From positions 1-62,639 of the forward strand of contig JACQQS010000055.1 of assembly GCA_016206925.1 (NCBI GenBank): DNA of 62,639 nt, read 5' to 3'. The notes below the pieces were generated by a model, which did no database searches, was not told where the DNA came from, and worked only from the letters and a program-made list of their open reading frames with translations. The translations under genes and the position numbers were made by a program. Each line of letters begins with the position of its first letter. The first letter of the stretch is position 1. Origin of the DNA: Candidatus Omnitrophota bacterium. GTDB taxonomy: Bacteria; Omnitrophota; Omnitrophia; Omnitrophales; JACQQS01. Shown piece after piece: positions 18,201 to 25,477 of this stretch.

Positions 18201-20899
18201 CTGTTACCGTTTCGAGTGAGGGAAAGAGCCGCGCCATGGCGCTCAAATGGACGCCCACAACTGACTTGTCCGGATCGTTTGAAGTGACTGTGACCTTGGA
18301 TGACGGAATCGCAAGCGCGGAGGATACGTTCACCATTTTGGTGGAAGCGCTTCCGCCTTCGGAAGATCACGAGCCGCCGGCTTTTGTTTCATCAATTCCG
18401 GCCGACAGCTCAACGGTTCTCGAGTTGAACACTGTCGAGTTTATCCTCTCTGATAATGTCGGCGTTGACGAGGTGGGAACAGGGATCGCAGCTACGCGCG
18501 ACGGCGCTTCGCTTTCCGAAGGAGCCGCCAACGATTTTACAAGAGATCATTCAGTTGAAAATCGTATTTTGCTTACGCTCAACTTTCCAAGTGAAGGCGT
18601 GTATGTATTCTCCGTAACTTCGAAAGACACATCCGGCAATTTAGGTATTCCCGTTGCAGTCACGATTACCGATGCTCCGGATGCGCCAACGCTTTTCCAA
18701 GACCGCGCACTTGGACAGGAGGGCTATTTCGGCTCGGGTCCTCATCTGGTTCCTCCCGAGGCGCAAATTGCTTTGGTGGGCGATTATAACGGTGATACCA
18801 ACGGAGCGACCTCGCGCGGCGGGTCTTCCAATGCGCTTGAAGATTTACTGATCTTATCCGGCATTTCTTCGCCCACAAAACTTTTCCAGTTGAATTCCCT
18901 GAACGGACCGTATGAAGATGCAAGTCAGACGGCCGGCATTACGTCCAATTTGAGTTCGACAGGTGCCGTGTTTTTTGATCTGAACGGCGATGGTTTTCGG
19001 GATATTTACTCGGTTCAAAATGGCCCGAATCAGCTATTCATTTCAAATGGCGACGGAACCTTTGGAACGGACATAGCATCACTTGCGGGATCTGCTGACA
19101 ATGGGAATGGGCGGGGAGCACTTGTAGGCGATCTGGATGAGAACGGCCTTCTCGACCTTTATCTTTTGAACAACGGCCGGAATGTGCTCTACCTGAATCG
19201 TTCAACGGGGCCAGCAATAACTTTTGTCAACGCGTCAGAAGGTGTTAACGACACAGAGACGTCAGGATCTGAAACGGCAGATTCGGTTGCCGGGCTTGTT
19301 TTTGATCCAGACGATGACGGAGATTGGGATATTTTTGTGGTGAATGCCAACGAATCTAATCGTCTCTTTCTGAATCCTGGAGTTCCGCTCGGGGGCAGTA
19401 ATCCGCTCGGTGCTTTTGCTGAATTTGCCGGTCCGTTAGGGCTGGCAGATGATGCGAGCGGCAAGACTGCATTGGCGGCAACCGATGTAAATGGAGACCG
19501 GTCCGTTGATTTACTTGTTCTGAATTCAGATCCGGCCGAATGTAAACTCTTGATTCAAGACTTAGACAACCGAGTGTCTGTCAATGGTGTGGAGATCGGC
19601 AAGTTTAAATCGTCTTCCGCAGGCCTTGATTTTGCGGCACATTTTTCAATTTCCGCTCCCGCGGTGCGTGATGCGGTGTTTATGGATTTTGATAATGACG
19701 GCGATCAGGATCTTGCCGTTGCTGCTCTAGGCACGGGCAATGAGTCTGAGATACTACTCTACCAAAATAACGGGCGGGCCGAATTTTCTTTGCGTTCCGA
19801 CACCGGATTTTCCGTTCGGAATATGCAGGTTCGTTCGCTTACGTCCGTTGACATTAATCAAGATGGCCGCATTGATCTCATTGCAGTTGGGAATTCTACC
19901 AAAGTGTTTATAAATCAAGTTTCCAACGACAATGCCTATCTGCAAGTCGCTTTGGAGGGTGTTGTGAGCAACCGGCACGGCCTCGGCAGCGCTGTTTTGG
20001 TAAAACCAGAAACGATAACAGAAGCATTCTCGCATTTGCTTTTAGCAGGCACGGGCCGGGGACAAAACAGCGGCATTGTGCACTTTGGCCTCGGCAATCT
20101 CGGCTTGCTTCCCGGAACGATTGAGCATGTGGTGGTTTCCTGGCCGCGCGGCATCGTAACGTTTATTGACGCGGGCGGTTCTCTGGGGCCGTTTTTTTCT
20201 AATCAGCGCATGCCTGTTTCCGAGTTGGGCTTTTCGGAAGTCTTCATGAATGTCTCTCTTGTACACAATCCGGATTATCAGGCTCCAGATCTGAATTCCG
20301 ACATAATCTTTCAATTGGTTGATATTGCAGTAAATGTCGAGGGAGTGATTCTGGAACAAAATGGAGTTGAAAACGGCATCGTTCCATTTCGACAGTATCT
20401 TTTAGTCGATTTTTCTCTTCCTCCCGCCGATAATCTGTTTGCTTCAATCGTTGCTTCTACAGATAACCGAAACGGGGAGCCGGCCTACACAGGAGCCGAT
20501 CGTGAGAAAGCGGCTGGTCTTGTTGGAGAAACGGACGGATCGTTTACCGTGCCTCTATTGTGGAAGGTTTATAATGACAGCAGTATTCCAGGCGTTGTCG
20601 AGCCGGGGCGTTTTATCGGTGATGCGTTTGTAACCGAAGGACTGATACAGGACAAAGCACAATCTGCTTACAATAATCTTGATGCGCAGGTTCTGCGCGA
20701 GTTAGTTACCAATCTGAATGGAGGAACGCTGGGCTTGTTTCCGACGGAGAATATTGCTACCCGAGTACTGGATCCAGTCGGCAAGATCCGAGTTTATTTA
20801 GCGGCCGATTTTTCGTCGCCGCCGAATGGTTCGACATGGCCTCCGCAGAAATATAAAACTTCGAGGCTTACACTTGAATTGACGGTGGACGGTGTATAG
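15251..20899 (+). CDS. Giant secreted protein P2 with two FG-GAP/VCBS + ASPIC/UnbV propeller modules and Ig-like modules (paralog of P1)
   Basis: 1882 aa. TTG start. N-terminal module parallel to P1. Blade motifs GDLDGDGLRD, ADFNLDGALD, FDADNDGDSE and GDLDNDGDYD in module 1; FDLNGDGFRD, GDLDENGLLD, FDPDDDGDWD and MDFDNDGDQD in module 2. Two ASPIC-like segments (NHYLEVVLK...VIGGTGRSQDS and NAYLQVALE...LLAGTGRGQNS). Confidence 0.75.
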   Translation: MKPRQYGRNTWAHSALTVLLVTNLSFWPPALVEAFSIGPFRFGASEPSAQKEAFDFSNPPESVTSHLKFKPVSDALISSGNLVEFKLQAISPAANPVHFEIEELPDGAFLIDGQFRWQPPGDWVGEKKLTFRATDGVETVEQVITLFFLPPSKFPAEQAWPGEDDTRQGGRRSALVLPDEKGWIVVIPSSTQKVVSKKATERLDQHGEQGEGEFRLGEESDLSTSGQGASGDDLIVVYDPFFSRPILGGTTPKNATPADGKTGGTGGPDGTGDEGEGDEEPQPSNPGEEQDFNLGIRFFDHTGGRNGLVPSFNPVTHHTFQSVNIFAGVGNVFGRAAAFGDLQGHNDADSSRNLQDIYVANPYRQIDLSGFSPPPAARNTFLVNNAESVGEITFRDRTIALNAEMNQPPSELDRPQAVLFGDLDGDGLRDVFIPNLGRPNILLKSQGANLPFLDISSASAVNESSEARAAVLADFNLDGALDVYVANGSSPSRLYMNLGNGTFFDAAGLLGLQGTGRSVGVVAFDADNDGDSEIYLLNFSGSNHLYKNLLQETAVLSFTEVGGSAGLALAGAPSGAEIGDLDNDGDYDLFISDLAAGGARLLRNDSSAGNILFTDQTSKLNSALGGASLPATTGCAFLDIDNQGLLDVYAITENDENIMLGNQGGFNFSDITAAEVVAFPLFADSVATGDYNHDHRTDIFISSTPSLLYKNISSHSNHYLEVVLKPTSVETNADGIGARVEVTRSDSIKLTQQVIGGTGRSQDSTTLLFGMGNNTRAESIKVFWPDALGRSTVLMDSDPEVDLHADQTLVITGNAAPEIMVLSDHFEAPAGMASSFELATKDVNGNPVALTFAVLGGPLNSSNASVHKIVSDGINTTWRFTFTPHEAGEVILRFFADDGLAPASGTKDITVTVLSQAVFNHPPFFADPLPESVSVLAGKVMNEIEILARDSDNISAGILNALVTVNPALPVGTRPALLDLNNPAVTVSSEGKSRAMALKWTPTTDLSGSFEVTVTLDDGIASAEDTFTILVEALPPSEDHEPPAFVSSIPADSSTVLELNTVEFILSDNVGVDEVGTGIAATRDGASLSEGAANDFTRDHSVENRILLTLNFPSEGVYVFSVTSKDTSGNLGIPVAVTITDAPDAPTLFQDRALGQEGYFGSGPHLVPPEAQIALVGDYNGDTNGATSRGGSSNALEDLLILSGISSPTKLFQLNSLNGPYEDASQTAGITSNLSSTGAVFFDLNGDGFRDIYSVQNGPNQLFISNGDGTFGTDIASLAGSADNGNGRGALVGDLDENGLLDLYLLNNGRNVLYLNRSTGPAITFVNASEGVNDTETSGSETADSVAGLVFDPDDDGDWDIFVVNANESNRLFLNPGVPLGGSNPLGAFAEFAGPLGLADDASGKTALAATDVNGDRSVDLLVLNSDPAECKLLIQDLDNRVSVNGVEIGKFKSSSAGLDFAAHFSISAPAVRDAVFMDFDNDGDQDLAVAALGTGNESEILLYQNNGRAEFSLRSDTGFSVRNMQVRSLTSVDINQDGRIDLIAVGNSTKVFINQVSNDNAYLQVALEGVVSNRHGLGSAVLVKPETITEAFSHLLLAGTGRGQNSGIVHFGLGNLGLLPGTIEHVVVSWPRGIVTFIDAGGSLGPFFSNQRMPVSELGFSEVFMNVSLVHNPDYQAPDLNSDIIFQLVDIAVNVEGVILEQNGVENGIVPFRQYLLVDFSLPPADNLFASIVASTDNRNGEPAYTGADREKAAGLVGETDGSFTVPLLWKVYNDSSIPGVVEPGRFIGDAFVTEGLIQDKAQSAYNNLDAQVLRELVTNLNGGTLGLFPTENIATRVLDPVGKIRVYLAADFSSPPNGSTWPPQKYKTSRLTLELTVDGV

Positions 20900-20910
20900 A
20901 AAGGAAAGCT

Positions 20911-21735
20911 GTGGCAAGAAATTTTAGACCGTTTATTTTTGCAGTCTTCACACTTTGCTTGAATCTGGTTCCGGGAATTCTCGAAGCATCGGGTGTATCC
21001 TTCGGTCCGGGCATCACGGAACTCTTGCTCCGGCCGGGTGAAAAAGGCGCAACGGTATTTCATGTCCTCAACGAAACCGATCAGGATATGAGAATAAACG
21101 TTGAAGCGGTAAATTGGCTAGTCCGTCATCTCCAGCGCGAAGGCCGGATCGATGATGTTTACGAATGGATGGATTTGGGGAATTATCGAGAGTTTACGGT
21201 GCCGAAACATAGCCGTGGCAAGCTTTCGGTGGATGTGAAAGCGCCGGATAGTTTTGAAGGCGAGCGGATTGCACAGGTCTTTTTTCAATATTCTCCCGTT
21301 GAGGCGACCACAGAACAAGCAGCGGCTGAAAAACAGGTCAGTTCACGGATCGGACTGCTTGTCTGTCTGGGTGCTAAAGGCAAAGAGAAACTTTACGCTG
21401 ATCTGGCATTGGATGCGGTGAAAGCAGCCGCTCTTGAAGATGGAAAGGCGGATGTCTCTTTTTCGTACACCATTAAAAATCTGGGGAATATTCACATATC
21501 TCCCCGTGGGTTCGTGAGGATAAAAAAGGGAAAGGATACGCTGTCAGAGATGGAAATCGGGGTTGTTCAAGGGCTTTATACAAATGAAAAACGTGCATAC
21601 CGAACCGTGCTCAAAGCAGTGTCGCTTCCTTCCGGTGAGTATGACGCTGAAGTAGATATCAAAATGATCAGTTACGGGATGGAAAAGCGGATGCAAAAGA
21701 CTCAAAAAATCCCGATAAGTGAGGTCGCCGAATGA
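20911..21735 (+). CDS. Secreted two-domain (Ig-like) protein; candidate PapD-like periplasmic chaperone
   Basis: 274 aa. GTG start with aaaggaaag upstream. Signal peptide. The mature start GVSFGPGITELLLRPGEKGATVFHVLNETDQDMRINVEAVNW resembles chaperone N-termini such as GVALGATRVIYPAGQKQ..L.VTNNDE...LIQSW. The stop overlaps the S2 start (ATGA). Confidence 0.3.
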   Translation: MARNFRPFIFAVFTLCLNLVPGILEASGVSFGPGITELLLRPGEKGATVFHVLNETDQDMRINVEAVNWLVRHLQREGRIDDVYEWMDLGNYREFTVPKHSRGKLSVDVKAPDSFEGERIAQVFFQYSPVEATTEQAAAEKQVSSRIGLLVCLGAKGKEKLYADLALDAVKAAALEDGKADVSFSYTIKNLGNIHISPRGFVRIKKGKDTLSEMEIGVVQGLYTNEKRAYRTVLKAVSLPSGEYDAEVDIKMISYGMEKRMQKTQKIPISEVAE

Positions 21736-22361
21736 AATTTCAATGGTTTAAATTTTTCGCTGTTTTAGGACTGGTTTTTATCTGCCTGACTGCGGGTACT
21801 TTCTCTTTGCAAAATGCTTACGCATCTACTTCGCTTGAGATATTCGAAATCTCAGCAAGTACCGCAAGCGGCACTCCGTTTACCATGTTTGAGGGAAATA
21901 CGCCGTTCTGGGGTGATTGGAGCGGTGATCCGGGTACAGACGTTTCGAGGATTTCGGAGCCGAGTTCCATAAATGGAGATGGCGGCGCCTGGCGCATGAC
22001 ATTGGTTGATACTGCTAATGGTTCACGGCGGTTTGCTCTGGCGGGATGGGCTTTGAATCATCTGAATGTCGTTGGGAAAACACATTTGGACCTCTACGCC
22101 CGTGGCGGCTCGGGCGGCGAAACATTTGAGGTAGGGTTAAGCGACAGCGCAGTACCAAAACACGAGATTCGTCGTAATGTCGCCCCATTCATTGTCGGCG
22201 GAGGCTTGATTACCACTGCTTACAAACAAATTCGCATTCCCCTGACAGAATTTTCGAATGGTGGCGTGGTCTTAAGTAATTTGGATGCTTTCCTCGTCAT
22301 CTCAACCGCGCCCGACGGTCAGACCAACGTTCTCTATCTCGACGCCATGAGATTTGAGTAG
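21732..22361 (+). CDS. Small secreted protein S2, homologous to the C-terminal CBM-like domain of giant protein P1
   Basis: 209 aa. Signal peptide ending NAYA. Mature N-terminus STSLEIFEI. The tail YKQIRIPLTEF...NVLYLDAMRFE parallels the P1 tail YVRVRIDTSAF...FTLFLDNMRFE. Confidence 0.6.
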   Translation: MKFQWFKFFAVLGLVFICLTAGTFSLQNAYASTSLEIFEISASTASGTPFTMFEGNTPFWGDWSGDPGTDVSRISEPSSINGDGGAWRMTLVDTANGSRRFALAGWALNHLNVVGKTHLDLYARGGSGGETFEVGLSDSAVPKHEIRRNVAPFIVGGGLITTAYKQIRIPLTEFSNGGVVLSNLDAFLVISTAPDGQTNVLYLDAMRFE

Positions 22362-22384
22362 GCCGTTTTTATCGATTAGCTGGA

Positions 22385-23242
22385 TTAAAATTCTTCTACT
22401 TTGGCGCCCGGCGGGGGAGTGAAATTGAAAAGTTCGTCGTCGAGGGCAATGTTGATTTTGGTGTCGAAGAACGTAATGACCGCGGATTTTTGTTCAAGCG
22501 GGCGTTCGATCGTCAGGAATTTCGCAAGTCTCCACCCGCGCAATTCATAAAAGCCGCCTCTTTCAATCTGGAGATAACGGATATTTTCACGTGTGAAGTG
22601 CTCTTCGCGCGTAACATCCAGCGCTCCGGCATCCATCCATAACGAGCGCAATCTCCACTCCATTTCGCCTTCTTTCGTATAATCGTTGATCAGGTACATA
22701 CCGTCTTGTTTTGTCTTCTCATGGCTATCGATATTTCCAAGCGGCTGAACAATCAAGGCGGTGAGTATGTCGAATCCGTTTATCTCAAGATCAATATGGG
22801 TGGGACGCATCAGCTTTTCTTTGTTGCCGGTAACGACAATGTTGTCTCTCGGAATATGCAGCCAGAAACGCTTGCCGCGTACTACGAGAAGAAAAACTTT
22901 CGGAATGTATTTGCTCAAGCCGCGGATGTAGAGCCGGTCCGGATATTTATAGGCCAGAACGGCATTGCTTGCGACAGCCGATTCGTCGATGTCGGCGAAT
23001 CGTATATTGATGTCGCTTTGAAGCGTTTGAATTCTGGCATGTTGAAAATCGAAATAGGCGCGGAGATGGTCCAGCGAAAATCCTTGTGGTGTAAACTCGT
23101 GAGGAGCAGGCGGTGCTTTCGGCGTCTTTGGTTCGGATGCGCAGGAGGCGTTTAGGGTACAGATTAAGAGAAGCGCACCAAGACAGAAGCCGAATGTGTT
23201 GAAGAACCCGGTTCGCGTGCTAATCGTAGTATTCAACACCAA
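22385..23242 (-). CDS. Putative lipoprotein (LolA/DUF4292-like); function unknown
   Basis: 285 aa. Hydrophobic N-terminus with a lipobox-like LNASC. The fold assignment is only a guess. Confidence 0.4.
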   Translation of the reverse strand: MVLNTTISTRTGFFNTFGFCLGALLLICTLNASCASEPKTPKAPPAPHEFTPQGFSLDHLRAYFDFQHARIQTLQSDINIRFADIDESAVASNAVLAYKYPDRLYIRGLSKYIPKVFLLVVRGKRFWLHIPRDNIVVTGNKEKLMRPTHIDLEINGFDILTALIVQPLGNIDSHEKTKQDGMYLINDYTKEGEMEWRLRSLWMDAGALDVTREEHFTRENIRYLQIERGGFYELRGWRLAKFLTIERPLEQKSAVITFFDTKINIALDDELFNFTPPPGAKVEEF

Positions 23243-24542
23243 GATGCGTGATTAACTCTTCGCCCTTAAGGTGGCGCAGCGTATTTTTGAGCTTCATTAA
23301 CTGAATGAAAAGATCGTGCTCCGGATAAACTTCCGGCGCCGACATCGGGCTCTTGAAATAAAAGGAGAGCCATTCCTGAATGCCCCTCATGCCCGTCCGC
23401 TGGGCCAGATCGAGAAACAGTACAAGATCCAACACGATGGGCGCTGCCAGAATGCTGTCGCGGCAGAGGAAATTTATTTTAAGCTGCATGGGGTAACCCA
23501 GCCAGCCTTTGATATCAATATTGTCCCAACTCTCCTTATTATCGCCCCGCGGCCGGTAATAGTTAATGCGCACTTTATGGCTGTATCCGTTATAGAGCAT
23601 TGGATAAAGTTTGGGCTGAAGGATGTAATCCAGAACGGAGAGCTTGCTTTCCTCCTTTGTCTTGAACGATTCCGGATCATCCAGAACTTCGCCGTCGCGA
23701 TTTCCCAGAATGTTGGTTGAGAACCATCCGTCAAGACCGAGCATTCTCGCCTTGAGCGCGGGCGCGATGACAGTTTTCATGAAAGTCTGTCCGCTCTTAA
23801 AATCCTTTCCGCAAACCGGGACACCTTGGTCCTTTGCAAACTGAGTCAATGCGGGGATATCGACGGTTAAATTCGGCGCTCCGTTTGCAAAAGGCACGCC
23901 GCATTGAATAGCTGCGTATGCGTAAAGCATGCTGGGCGTAACGGCATCATCGTTCCGCTCAAGGCCCTTGCGGAATGCGTCGATCGTGTCGTGCACGGGC
24001 AGCCGTTCCTGATAGGCTTCGGTAGAAGCGCACCAAACCATCACCAACCGGTCGAGATTCTGGCTTTTCTTGAAATTTAAGATATCCTGTTTGAGTTCTT
24101 CAACCTGTTCAACCTTTGATTTGCTCTTTTTTACGTTCGTACCTTCGAGCCGCTTCACGTATTTCTGGCTGAAAACCGCCGGCCAGGGTTTAATTTTTTC
24201 AAGTTCCGGACGGAGCTGTTCGATCAGAGCCCGTTCAAGAACACCGGCTTTTACGGCTGATTTGTATCCATCATCGGGAATGGGGTCCCATGCCGCGTAA
24301 ACCAGATCGGACAAATCGGCAAGGGGGAGAAAATCGGACAGTTTCTCAATACGGTTGTCCGTTCGTTTTCCGAGGCGGACTGTTCCGAGCTGTGTAAGCG
24401 AACCGATCGGCTCACCCATGCCGCGTTTCACGGCTTCAATGCCGGCAATAAAAGTTGTAGCCACGGCGCCTAGGCCGGGAATGAGCACGCCCAGTTTTCC
24501 TTTGGCCGGTTTGATATCAGTACCTTTCTCAAAAAGACTCAT
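23220..24542 (-). CDS. ino1: myo-Inositol-1-phosphate synthase
   Basis: Start moved to MSLFEKG (ATG at 24542 on the minus strand, with gaaaggaaaacc upstream). Motifs GVLIPGLGAVATTFIAG and FANGAPN, and the overall length of 440 aa, fit bacterial/archaeal MIPS. Confidence 0.8.
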   Translation of the reverse strand: MSLFEKGTDIKPAKGKLGVLIPGLGAVATTFIAGIEAVKRGMGEPIGSLTQLGTVRLGKRTDNRIEKLSDFLPLADLSDLVYAAWDPIPDDGYKSAVKAGVLERALIEQLRPELEKIKPWPAVFSQKYVKRLEGTNVKKSKSKVEQVEELKQDILNFKKSQNLDRLVMVWCASTEAYQERLPVHDTIDAFRKGLERNDDAVTPSMLYAYAAIQCGVPFANGAPNLTVDIPALTQFAKDQGVPVCGKDFKSGQTFMKTVIAPALKARMLGLDGWFSTNILGNRDGEVLDDPESFKTKEESKLSVLDYILQPKLYPMLYNGYSHKVRINYYRPRGDNKESWDNIDIKGWLGYPMQLKINFLCRDSILAAPIVLDLVLFLDLAQRTGMRGIQEWLSFYFKSPMSAPEVYPEHDLFIQLMKLKNTLRHLKGEELITHLGVEYYD

Positions 24543-24567
24543 ATGGTTTTCCTTTCTAAAACAGGTT

Positions 24568-25239
24568 TTAACGGATTTCTTTTGGCCGGCGGAATTTTTC
24601 CGTCTGAGCAACTGATTCGCCGGGGTGATTTTGATGGGAACTTGGAACGGATTTACCTTCTGTTTCTCGCCAAGTATAGTAGATACGCTGCAGAGCCGTG
24701 AGATGTGTTGTAAATGCCAAAATCCAGAGAGCGGGGAAAAGAAATTGGAAAATGCCGCCCAAGCAAATAATAACAATGCGTTCGGGTCTTTCGATCCAGC
24801 CGACATTACAATGTGTGATGAGACTTTCTGCGCGGGCTTTTGTGTAACTGGTTAAAAGAGCTCCGGCGATAACCACCAGAACGAGAGAAGCTGCGGGAAC
24901 ATCTCCGGCGCGTGCGAAATAAATTAATAGGCCGCCGAAGATAAGAAAGTCAGAGTAGCGGTCGACCACCGAATCCATAAAGGCGCCGAATCTCGTGGCT
25001 TTTCCGCTGGACCTTGCCAGAGCTCCGTCCAGCATGTCAAAGGCTCCGGCAATTAAAATAACCAGAGAACCTGTCAGGAATCTTCCGTACGCATAAAGAA
25101 GGCAGCCGAGCGCATTAATGATAAGCCCTCCCAAAGTAAGGTGCGCCGGATTAACGCCGTGCTTATTCAGACGCTCACTGGTTTTATTCAGAAGCGGTTT
25201 TACATATTTGTAGAAAAGCGCGCGTAACATAGGATGCAC
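24568..25239 (-). CDS. CDP-alcohol phosphatidyltransferase (candidate phosphatidylinositol-phosphate synthase)
   Basis: 223 aa. The signature DGx2ARx8Gx3Dx3D is present as DMLDGALARSSGKATRFGAFMDSVVDRYSD. The gene lies immediately upstream of MIPS in the same operon. Confidence 0.75.
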   Translation of the reverse strand: MHPMLRALFYKYVKPLLNKTSERLNKHGVNPAHLTLGGLIINALGCLLYAYGRFLTGSLVILIAGAFDMLDGALARSSGKATRFGAFMDSVVDRYSDFLIFGGLLIYFARAGDVPAASLVLVVIAGALLTSYTKARAESLITHCNVGWIERPERIVIICLGGIFQFLFPALWILAFTTHLTALQRIYYTWRETEGKSVPSSHQNHPGESVAQTEKFRRPKEIR

Positions 25240-25403
25240 ATTATACTTTCGTGATGGACGCTGTACAAGTGCAGGCCGGACAATAAAAATTTCCGGCGAG
25301 ATTTCTCTTTTAGCAGCATTTGGTTCGTGATAGAATCCAAGCCTTCGATGAACTGCCTCCTAAACGATTACCGGCAAACAGGTTGCGAATTGTTTAGGAT
25401 TCG

Positions 25404-25461
25404 TTATCCCTGCGGAAGCGGAGATCCATTAGTAACAGATTCCCGCTTTCGTGGGAATGAC
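25404..25461. repeat. REP-like palindromic element, copy a (degenerate left arm)
   Basis: ttatccctgcggaagcggagatcc ... gattcccgctttcgtgggaatgac. The right arm matches copies at 58731..58787 and 61460..61564. Confidence 0.6.
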
Positions 25462-25477
25462 AGAGGATCAAGAGTTT

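Noticed and set aside
24543-24806. 88-codon N-terminal extension of the MIPS ORF in the track (start at 24806).
   Set aside because: The extension overlaps the 3' end of the CDP-alcohol phosphatidyltransferase gene and has no homology-like features. MSLFEKG with an upstream ggaaa RBS matches MIPS N-termini.
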